The notes: generated by a model from the letters alone, not told the origin. DNA of 59,383 nucleotides from Candidatus Omnitrophota bacterium (GCA_043800345.1 JAZDNB010000015.1:1-59383); one strand, 5' to 3'. Counted from the stretch's first letter, positions 27,963 to 35,568 are shown. Numbers and translations: made by a program.

Positions 27963-29072
27963 TTAATAATAGTAAAGGTCGGGGTACCGTAAAAATACAT
28001 CAAGATATAAATACTCTTCCCCGCGTTCATACTCGTACCATATTAAATCTAATGAAGCGTTGTTCTGGTCGGCGCGCAGTTCGCCCCATACCTGCGCCAT
28101 GGAAACAAAACAATTATACTCCTGGTCAAGCGTATCATTAAGAATCATTTCATTCGTAACAGGGTCTTCTATCCAAAACAGTTCTGACCGTTCAATACCA
28201 TAGCGCTCCATCGTAGCGGTAACCCATTTTTCCGTATTGTAGTTATAATCCGCATGCGTTGCCTCATGGGCTATGATAGATGCAATTGCCTGTTCTGAAT
28301 AGAGTGTCCGCAAGACGCTCGCTACATAGATAGTATTGGGGACAACGGTATCGTCGGGATAGAAATCAAGCCAGTACGTAGGAACCCACAGCGCCCCAGC
28401 CCCATCCGGCAGCGTATCAGAATATTCTATGGCAATGTTATAGTTTTTTATTAATGTATATTCATCCAAGCCCTGGGTTGAGCCTCCCAATATATTGAGG
28501 GCATTTGTCAAATCGCTGTTATAAATCTTGGGAAACCAGCCTGTGGGGGTCTCTTCTTTGCCCGTCTCATCCCCACCGTCTGTCGTATCTCCTGTACCGG
28601 TTCCTGTACCGCCGGTTTGTCCAAGGCCCCCTCCGGTAACACCCCCTCCTATAATCACGTCGGGGCCGGTACCTGTTTTTGCCGGTATTGTAGCACCCGT
28701 GCTCACCGCACCGGATGAGCCCATAACGAGGAATTTCGCTCCGGCTGTTTCAGTATCCTTGTTGATATTTTCAGCTATGACCACAAAACTATCGGCGGTT
28801 ACATTGGTCACGCTATAATCGTAATCCTTTGATTGTATAGTGAGGTCTAAGAATCTGTTGACTTCCTGGGTACCGCGCGCCGCTGCGTAATCTCCACTTT
28901 CAATTTTTAAGAGCTCCTCAGCCTTTCGTATATCGCCCATATTCATAAACGCAAGGGTGCTCTTTGATTTCTGCCAGCCCTTAAATACAACCGTCGCAAT
29001 ACCCACCATACCGCCAAGTATCACGAGGATAATCAAAAGCTCTATAAAAGTGAATCCTTGTTTCCTTTTCAT
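27963..29072 (-). CDS. Prepilin-type N-terminal domain protein fused to a C-terminal HExxH domain
   Basis: MKRKQGFTFIELLIILVILGG is a class III (type IV pilin/pseudopilin) signal. It is followed by a pilin-like head, a Gly/Thr-rich linker (GGGVTGGGLGQTGGTGTGTGDTTDGG) and a ~190-aa domain with IIAHEATHADY (HEATH codons at 28254-28268). ATG at 29072 with AAGGA 6 nt upstream. Confidence 0.8.
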   Translation of the reverse strand: MKRKQGFTFIELLIILVILGGMVGIATVVFKGWQKSKSTLAFMNMGDIRKAEELLKIESGDYAAARGTQEVNRFLDLTIQSKDYDYSVTNVTADSFVVIAENINKDTETAGAKFLVMGSSGAVSTGATIPAKTGTGPDVIIGGGVTGGGLGQTGGTGTGTGDTTDGGDETGKEETPTGWFPKIYNSDLTNALNILGGSTQGLDEYTLIKNYNIAIEYSDTLPDGAGALWVPTYWLDFYPDDTVVPNTIYVASVLRTLYSEQAIASIIAHEATHADYNYNTEKWVTATMERYGIERSELFWIEDPVTNEMILNDTLDQEYNCFVSMAQVWGELRADQNNASLDLIWYEYERGEEYLYLDVFLRYPDLYYY

Positions 29073-29102
29073 ACTAAGTCCTTTTATCACTATTTCTTAA
29101 AT

Positions 29103-29203
29103 ATGGAGCCCCACAGGTTAATGGTTCGACTCCGCTCACCATCCTTCGAACCATCCTGAGCTTGTCGAAGGACAACCGTGGTCTTCTGGATGCGGGATAA
29201 AAA
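29103..29203. repeat. Hairpin-mosaic intergenic repeat, copy 3 (module A+insert joined directly to the gcgggataaa terminus; B and C absent)
   Basis: Outer stem ccacAggtt 29111-29119 / aaccgtgg 29174-29181 (C-G to T-A compensatory change plus a bulged A). The 51-nt insert at 29122-29172 is identical to copies 1 and 2. Confidence 0.85.
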
Positions 29204-29279
29204 AGACCGCGCCGATAATCATCAAAAACCCGACAAGATAATTCCAATGGTAAGTAACGCAATCGTTCTCATCCTTAAG

Positions 29280-29672
29280 TTATTTCACCTCGACTTTTTC
29301 TTGCTGTAACGCAAGTACCTGCGCGTCTATTTTTGCTATCTCCTGGTCAAAGGCGTCTATCTCTGCACGCAATAGTTTTATCTTATCCGAGAGCGCACCG
29401 CAGGGCATATCTTTCGTAGCCACTTTTAATTCCTGCTCCTTCATGTTTTTTGCAAGTAACATTTGGTCCTGTTGCGCCAGGAGGAGATTTATCGCGTCCT
29501 CGCCTGTGATAGTACCGTCTTTTATCTGCTGAAACGTCAGCTCGACTGCCTGAATCATTGCATTAACTTCCTGGGAAATAACAGGTTTTTCGTCTTCAGC
29601 ATATAAAAGCTTTGCAGAAATCCCGCTGAAACACAGCCCAAAAACCACCAGGCCTATTGTTAATTTTTTCAT
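29280..29672 (-). CDS. Secreted coiled-coil protein with the MPCGALSDKI C-terminal module
   Basis: 130 aa. Signal peptide MKKLTIGLVVFGL..., then heptad-rich sequence. The last ~70 aa are paralogous to the C-terminus of the 347-aa hydrolase. GGAGG precedes the ATG. Confidence 0.75.
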   Translation of the reverse strand: MKKLTIGLVVFGLCFSGISAKLLYAEDEKPVISQEVNAMIQAVELTFQQIKDGTITGEDAINLLLAQQDQMLLAKNMKEQELKVATKDMPCGALSDKIKLLRAEIDAFDQEIAKIDAQVLALQQEKVEVK

Positions 29673-29703
29673 TCAGTTACCTCCGATTATACATTCTTCT
29701 TTG

Positions 29704-30747
29704 TCATTGCAAACTGTTTAGCTGTGCATCTATTGCCGCTATCTGCCGGTCTATAGCATTTATCTCTGCCTGCAGGGCTGTTATTTTATCCGAGAGCGCA
29801 CCGCAGGGCATTTCTTTCGTAGCCACGGCTAGTTCTTGTTGTTTCATACTTCGCTGGAGTAAGAGTTGATCTTTTTCTTGCTCTAAAACAGAACGTGTAT
29901 CTGTGTTTGAAAGAGTACCGTTTGTGATTTCATTGAACAATAAACTAATTACTTTCAAACTTTCATTCAGAGCTCCGTGAGATATACCTTTAACCTCATA
30001 ATTATTTTCCGCATAATCTCTCTTGCTGTCTTCGTTAGAAACCACATCATCATCTTCTTCGGTAAATGCCGTATCTGTTCCGCTTATTGTGTTAACTTTT
30101 ATTTTAGGATTTGGCGACATACTGTTTAGTTTTTTTTGGAAATCGCTATCTGGAATTAAATCTTGGTAAGCAAGTTTTGAGTCATCTGTTAAGGATTGCA
30201 AATAACCAACCTGGGCCAAATCAGAAGGGCCGCTACCTATCAATATAGTTTCATCAATATAATCTTCCATATGAGTTGGCATATTATCTATAGTTTTAGT
30301 TATTTCTTCTATCTCAACACCTACAGGAATTTCACCTAATGGTGTATCAATATTTTTTACTACGGCTTTATCGTGTGTATAGGTCACATTTTCTTCTTGA
30401 TTTTTTGTTAAAAAATCTAATATCTCTCCACCCATAGAATAACCTATGGTCATAACTTTTTTATCACCGAATTCTTCTGATATTTTTATTATTTCGTTTC
30501 CCACATATTGAGCATTCTCTGTAATCGCACCTTTATTACTAGATAAATCGATTGTTCTTATATTATTTTCTGGAACACCCATTTTTACCAACTCATTCTT
30601 CATTGGTTCCATATCCTCTGCGCTACCACCAATACCATGAACCAGAACTATTGGTCTATCAAAATCACGACTACTAGCTATTCTAAACAAAGCCAGTAGC
30701 AAAAAAGAAAATATTAGCATTATAAATACAACTGTTTTATTTTTCAT
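29704..30747 (-). CDS. Secreted alpha/beta-hydrolase (LipA-like lipase/esterase) fused to the MPCGALSDKI coiled-coil module
   Basis: 347 aa. Signal peptide, PIVLVHGIGGS oxyanion-type motif, GYSMGG nucleophile elbow. C-terminal ~60 aa KEMPCGALSDKITALQAEINAIDRQIAAIDAQL. Confidence 0.75.
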   Translation of the reverse strand: MKNKTVVFIMLIFSFLLLALFRIASSRDFDRPIVLVHGIGGSAEDMEPMKNELVKMGVPENNIRTIDLSSNKGAITENAQYVGNEIIKISEEFGDKKVMTIGYSMGGEILDFLTKNQEENVTYTHDKAVVKNIDTPLGEIPVGVEIEEITKTIDNMPTHMEDYIDETILIGSGPSDLAQVGYLQSLTDDSKLAYQDLIPDSDFQKKLNSMSPNPKIKVNTISGTDTAFTEEDDDVVSNEDSKRDYAENNYEVKGISHGALNESLKVISLLFNEITNGTLSNTDTRSVLEQEKDQLLLQRSMKQQELAVATKEMPCGALSDKITALQAEINAIDRQIAAIDAQLNSLQ

Positions 30748-31765
30748 ATAGTAATTTTATTCTATATCTTTGGATGTCATATTTCTTTGTATTTTCAAAT
30801 GAGAATTCTTCATCTGCAACGTTATGATTTAGAAAAACATTGGAGAATTCTTTAATATTCATAATATATTTGGTAGTTCCATCTTTGGTTTTTATAAGCC
30901 TAAGTGCGCTAACTTTAAAAGGTACCCAAACATAATTATCAACATACTGAAAACTATCTCCTACATACCATCCTGCTTGAAGTAAAACCCCTTTTTTATA
31001 ATCTATTTTTACTTCTAATTTATCATCTCCTACTGGCTCCCAGGTTTCCCAATCCCAACCATATGGTGATGTTTGTGCCGGATTAACATTGTGGGGAGTA
31101 AATCTTCCCTCTATAATAAATATGTCTGGATTTTTATCATCTTTTCTGACTGTTAAAGCATTTTGCATCATATAAGGTTCGAGTAGTTTTCTAAATTGAT
31201 TATGCACTAAATGAAGTTTGCGAGGCTCCAGAAGCCCTGTCCATGTCTCCCCCCGGTATGGGCCCCCAAAAGGCATCTGGTCTGTCAGTTTTTTAGTTCC
31301 TCTATCAACATAATATTCTGCCTGGCCTATACTTATTAAATCTGCAACTTGGGGAAGGTATTCATTGCCGTAATATTCGGCTTTTTCTTTACCTGTCCAT
31401 TCGGGATGCTGGATAAAAACTTTTTCAAGCTCTTCTTTTGTTTTTGGTGCACCCTGTTTAACTTTTGGAATTATTTTTATCATATCGGGTTTTTTAAACA
31501 AAAATGTATACTCTGTGGTCCTTAAAACTTTTTTAACAGAAAATTCTGTTTTTGAAATATTCATTTCTTGTTCTATCTCTTTTACGTCCGCCCTTAAATC
31601 CTGTATCTTTTCTACATTTTCCTCAACTTTTTTAATTAGATCTTCTATTGTGGGCAGAGAAGATTGAGATAGAGGGGTTGACTGGGCATGTGAATAAATC
31701 AGGCTTATGGAGATTCCGGTTACGAGTAGCCCAAAAACCACCAGGCTTATTGTTAGTTTTTTCAT
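30737..31765 (-). CDS. Secreted LolA-like (lipoprotein-sorting fold) protein
   Basis: 342 aa. The signal peptide is nearly identical to that of the 130-aa protein. The IEDLIKKVEENVEKIQDLRADV... start and ...FLNHNVADEEFSF end resemble LolA/RseB-like families. Confidence 0.6.
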   Translation of the reverse strand: MKKLTISLVVFGLLVTGISISLIYSHAQSTPLSQSSLPTIEDLIKKVEENVEKIQDLRADVKEIEQEMNISKTEFSVKKVLRTTEYTFLFKKPDMIKIIPKVKQGAPKTKEELEKVFIQHPEWTGKEKAEYYGNEYLPQVADLISIGQAEYYVDRGTKKLTDQMPFGGPYRGETWTGLLEPRKLHLVHNQFRKLLEPYMMQNALTVRKDDKNPDIFIIEGRFTPHNVNPAQTSPYGWDWETWEPVGDDKLEVKIDYKKGVLLQAGWYVGDSFQYVDNYVWVPFKVSALRLIKTKDGTTKYIMNIKEFSNVFLNHNVADEEFSFENTKKYDIQRYRIKLLYEK

Positions 31766-31780
31766 TCAGTTACCTCCGAT

Positions 31781-32581
31781 TTATAAGTTCTTCTTAACAT
31801 ATTGAACGCCATTTTTGAATATCGCAAGACCGTCGCCTTCTTTTTTTAAACCGTTACGCGTCCACCGCGGGTGCTGATGGCCGAAGATGTGGCGTTCGGG
31901 GTGGGGCATAAGGCCAAAAACCCTGCCTGTAGTATCACATATTCCGGCAATATTTTCAACCGAACCGTTCGGATTATATGGATAAGGGGCGAGGTTGCCT
32001 TTTTCATCGGCATACTGAAATACTATCTGGCCGTTTTCTTTTAATTTTGCAAGCGCTGTTTTATCCTTCGGCACGAACTTCCCTTCTCCGTGCGCTACAG
32101 GCAGATAAATTATTTCCGGGATATCACCCGTCCACACGCATTTTTGATTTTTGATTTTTGATTTTTGATTTTTTAAATACACCCACCTGTCTTCAAACTT
32201 CGCCGAGTCGTTTATGGTAAGCGTCGCCTGTATATCCTGCGTAGCATCAAGCGAAGGCAAAAGGCCCGCTTTAACCAATACCTGAAAACCGTTACAGATA
32301 CCGATGATAAGCTTTCCGTCATCGATAAAATTATTTATGTCTTCCTTGAGTTTGTGTTTTATCTCACTTGCCAGTATCTTGCCCGATGCAATATCATCGC
32401 CGTAGGTAAACCCGCCGGGCAACGCAAGTATCTGGTATTCGCAAAGGTCTTTTTCTTTTTTGATGAACTTGTTTATGTGGACAAGTTCCGTTTCTGCGCC
32501 TGCGAGCCTGAATGCCCAGGCAGTTTCCTTGTCGCAATTTGTGCCGGCAGTGCGCAGTATGAGCACTTTTGGTTTAATCAT
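31781..32581 (-). CDS. purQ: Phosphoribosylformylglycinamidine synthase, glutaminase subunit
   Basis: 266 aa. LPGGF.YGD, GICNGFQ (catalytic Cys) and HPER motifs. Contains an in-frame heptamer array. Confidence 0.93.
   Translation of the reverse strand: MIKPKVLILRTAGTNCDKETAWAFRLAGAETELVHINKFIKKEKDLCEYQILALPGGFTYGDDIASGKILASEIKHKLKEDINNFIDDGKLIIGICNGFQVLVKAGLLPSLDATQDIQATLTINDSAKFEDRWVYLKNQKSKIKNQKCVWTGDIPEIIYLPVAHGEGKFVPKDKTALAKLKENGQIVFQYADEKGNLAPYPYNPNGSVENIAGICDTTGRVFGLMPHPERHIFGHQHPRWTRNGLKKEGDGLAIFKNGVQYVKKNL
32146..32173. repeat. Heptanucleotide tandem array, 4 x GATTTTT, inside the purQ CDS
   Basis: gattttt x4 on the plus strand. Read on the minus strand it encodes KNQKSKIKNQK within purQ. 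Confidence 0.9.
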
Positions 32582-32613
32582 AAATATTGTTTAATAATTA
32601 ATTTTTGCACTTT

Positions 32614-32641
32614 GATTTTTGATATTTGATTTTTGATTTTA
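32614..32641. repeat. Heptanucleotide tandem array, 4 x GATWTTW, in the purL-purQ spacer
   Basis: gattttt gatattt gattttt gatttta. Begins 3 nt past the purL stop. Confidence 0.9.
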
Positions 32642-32643
32642 TA

Positions 32644-35568
32644 TTACCACCTGAGCGGCTTCTGCCACGCCTCTTTTAAGGCGCGTATGTCCGTTGAAAC
32701 AACCTGATTTCCTTTTATGCCGTATACGGTAAATGCGGGGCTTGCGCTAAGGCATCCGACAAGGCCAACGGGCATACCCTGCATCAATGTTTCAAATTCT
32801 TCCTGTTTGTGTTTTTCTACTTCCGCGATAAACCGCGAATTGGACTCCGAGAATAAAATATAGTCGTCTCTTACCGTGGACCGCGGACTGTGGACTGTGG
32901 ACTGCTTTTTAACTTTATACGGCGCTTTCTTCAAAAACACCGTCATGCCAAGCCCCCCGCTAAATGCCGTCTCGGCAAGCGCAACGCCCAGGCCGCCTTC
33001 CGATACGTCATGACAGCTCCTGATAAGGCCGCGTGAAACCGCCGCATGTACTCTTTCAAAAAGTTTTTTTGCGTTTTTCGGGTTCACCCCGGGGCAGCTA
33101 TTTCCTATGACATTGCGCAGGCTAAAATATTCGGAGCCGCCCAGTTCATCAAACGTCTCTCCTATCACATAGATAAGGTTACCTTGTTTCTTGGCGTCCA
33201 TCGAGACCGCCTTTGAAACATCATCCATGACCGAGATTGCAGAGATAAGGAGCGTTCCCGGTATGGAGACGGTTTTATTTGCTACCTTATACTCATTATG
33301 AAGACTGTCTTTTCCCGAGATAAACGGCGTTTCAAACGCTTTCGCCATGTCGTAACAACTTTGGGCGGCGCGTACGAGTTCGCCGAGCCGTTCCTGTTTA
33401 TCGGTATCGCCCCAGCAAAAATTATCAAGGAGCGCAATTTTATCAGGCGAACCTCCGACCGCAACAATCTGGCGTATCGCCTCGTCAATACTTGAAGCCG
33501 CCATCCAGTAAGGGTCTATATCCGAGAACCTAAAGTTTATGCCGCAACCGACGACAATACCTTTTTTAGAATTAAATACAGGCCTTATTATTACGGCATC
33601 CGAAGGGCCGTCGTTAGCAATACCGACAAGCGGTTTGAGAACGCTCTGGCCCTGCACCTCGTGGTCATACTGCCTTATAATCCACTCTTTGGAACAGGTA
33701 TTGTAACTTGACAAGAGTTTAAGCAGGTCGCCTGTCATATCCTTCGGGCACGTAAAAGAGGGTTCTCTGTGTTTTGGTTTTTTCCATACGGCCTTGCGCA
33801 CAACTCTCGGCAGGCCTTCATGCAAAAATTCCATATCAAGGCCGCACACAGCAGTGCCGTTATAGCGGAGCCTCAGTTTTTTATCATCGGTAAATTCACC
33901 TATCACCGCTACCTCTACGTTTTCACCCTCAAATATTTTTATAAGTTCGTCTATCTTATTCCCGGGGACTGCCAAAATCATTCTCTCCTGGGCTTCCGAG
34001 ATCCATATCTCCGTATAAGAAAGCCCGTCGTATTTTAAGGGCACCTTTTCAAGGTCAACTGCTACGCCAAGTGACTTTCCCATTTCGCCCACCGCGCTTG
34101 ACAGGCCTCCGCCTCCGCAATCTGTTATCGCATTATAAAGCCTCTTGTCGCGGGCTAAGAGCAAGGTGTCAGTGATTTTCTTTTCGGTAATGGGGTTACC
34201 TATCTGCACGGCGCCGCTTGATATGACTTCCGATTCGTGAGTGAGCTCGCCCGATGAAAATGTCGCGCCGTGAATGCCGTCCCTGCCTGTCCTTCCGCCC
34301 ACCAAAACGACAAGGTCGCCTGTTTGTACTTTATTAAATGATGCCGATTTTGGCATAATACCCACCGTGCCGCAATACACCAGAGGGTTTCCCGCGTAGC
34401 GCCTGTCAAATAATACCGCGCCGTTTGCTGTGGGAATTCCCATTCTGTTTCCGTAATCTCTTACACCGCTTACTACGCCTTTCATAATACGCCTTGGATG
34501 AAGCATGCCTTTTGGAATTTTTGAAAGCGGCATATCGGGCGGCGCAAAACAAAATACATCCGTATTCATAATCGGCTTTGCGCCGAGTCCTACCCCCAGG
34601 ATATCCCGTATTACCCCGCCGGTACCTGTTCCCGCTCCGCCGTATGGCTCAAGCGCAGAGGGGTGGTTATGCGTCTCCACCTTAAAACAAACGTTATATT
34701 TATCATCAAATTCTATAATGCCCGCATTATCTTTAAAGACAGATATGCACCATTTTTTATTCAGCTCGCTCGTAACCTTGATAATGGTGGATTTAAGAAG
34801 ATTGTTTATTTTTGTGGTTTGCACCTTCCTTGGGCCTTCAGCCTGTGCGGTATATTCTATTATTCCCCTGAATGTCTTATGGCCGCAGTGCTCCGACCAT
34901 GTCTGTGCGATCGTCTCAAGTTCACAGTCGGTCGGGTTCCTTCCGAGGCTTTTGAAATACTCTTGAATAGTAAGCATTTCCTTGAGGCTTAAGAATAACT
35001 GGCCGTCCCTGCTTAACGCGACAAGGCCTTTTTCCTCAAGCGAGGATAGGTTGACGTGCTTTAAGCGGAATTCGTACTTCGGGTTTTCAAGATGGATGGG
35101 CGCTGTTTTTATGTTCTGGATGACTTTGTTATAGAGAAGTTTTTCGCTTGCAAGCGCTAATGTATGAGAAGAGATATCCGCTTTGATAAGGTATCGTTTT
35201 GCTGTCTTGACGGACGTAACAGCGCCAAAACCGAAATCCGTAATGGCCTTTTTTACGGATTCTTCCCAGGGGTCCATAACGCCAGGGTTATAGAATACCT
35301 CGACGATTTTCGCCCCGTTATTTTTTTGGCGCGCGGTATTTTTAACCACGGGCCTCACGACGTAGTATTGCGTGATGCGGTCAGTTAAAATCTCCCGGGC
35401 GATTTTTCTGATTTGGTCTTTTGAAAATTCGCCGTCAATAAAATATAACTGCACCACCCTCACGTCTTTTACGCCGCGGATGCCGAAATCGGCAAAATCT
35501 TTTTTTACCGCTTCGCCCTGGGCGTCGAAAAAGCTGTCTTTTTCTTTTACTTCTACCTGCCAGATCAT
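32644..35568 (-). CDS. purL: Phosphoribosylformylglycinamidine synthase, PurS-PurS-PurL fusion
   Basis: 974 aa. About 205 N-terminal aa with two PurS-like repeats (VEVKEKDSFFDAQGEAV...DVRVVQLY and IVEVFYNPGVMDPWEESV...), then the PurL core (TWSEHCGHKTF...). Confidence 0.92.
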   Translation of the reverse strand: MIWQVEVKEKDSFFDAQGEAVKKDFADFGIRGVKDVRVVQLYFIDGEFSKDQIRKIAREILTDRITQYYVVRPVVKNTARQKNNGAKIVEVFYNPGVMDPWEESVKKAITDFGFGAVTSVKTAKRYLIKADISSHTLALASEKLLYNKVIQNIKTAPIHLENPKYEFRLKHVNLSSLEEKGLVALSRDGQLFLSLKEMLTIQEYFKSLGRNPTDCELETIAQTWSEHCGHKTFRGIIEYTAQAEGPRKVQTTKINNLLKSTIIKVTSELNKKWCISVFKDNAGIIEFDDKYNVCFKVETHNHPSALEPYGGAGTGTGGVIRDILGVGLGAKPIMNTDVFCFAPPDMPLSKIPKGMLHPRRIMKGVVSGVRDYGNRMGIPTANGAVLFDRRYAGNPLVYCGTVGIMPKSASFNKVQTGDLVVLVGGRTGRDGIHGATFSSGELTHESEVISSGAVQIGNPITEKKITDTLLLARDKRLYNAITDCGGGGLSSAVGEMGKSLGVAVDLEKVPLKYDGLSYTEIWISEAQERMILAVPGNKIDELIKIFEGENVEVAVIGEFTDDKKLRLRYNGTAVCGLDMEFLHEGLPRVVRKAVWKKPKHREPSFTCPKDMTGDLLKLLSSYNTCSKEWIIRQYDHEVQGQSVLKPLVGIANDGPSDAVIIRPVFNSKKGIVVGCGINFRFSDIDPYWMAASSIDEAIRQIVAVGGSPDKIALLDNFCWGDTDKQERLGELVRAAQSCYDMAKAFETPFISGKDSLHNEYKVANKTVSIPGTLLISAISVMDDVSKAVSMDAKKQGNLIYVIGETFDELGGSEYFSLRNVIGNSCPGVNPKNAKKLFERVHAAVSRGLIRSCHDVSEGGLGVALAETAFSGGLGMTVFLKKAPYKVKKQSTVHSPRSTVRDDYILFSESNSRFIAEVEKHKQEEFETLMQGMPVGLVGCLSASPAFTVYGIKGNQVVSTDIRALKEAWQKPLRW
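32876..32903. repeat. Heptanucleotide tandem array, 4 x GYGGACY, inside the purL CDS
   Basis: gtggacc gcggact gtggact gtggact. Encodes ...QSTVHSPRSTV... near the PurL C-terminus. Confidence 0.85.

Noticed and set aside
29074-29262. 62-aa minus-strand ORF over repeat copy 3
   Set aside because: Same reasoning as above. The ORF consists of repeat sequence plus flanks, has no SD, and overlaps the real start region of the pilin-like gene.
24858-32903. Whether the tandem heptamer arrays or the four mosaic repeats could be a CRISPR array
   Set aside because: The heptamer units are contiguous with no spacers. The mosaic repeats are 100-170 nt long and kilobases apart. No cas genes are present.
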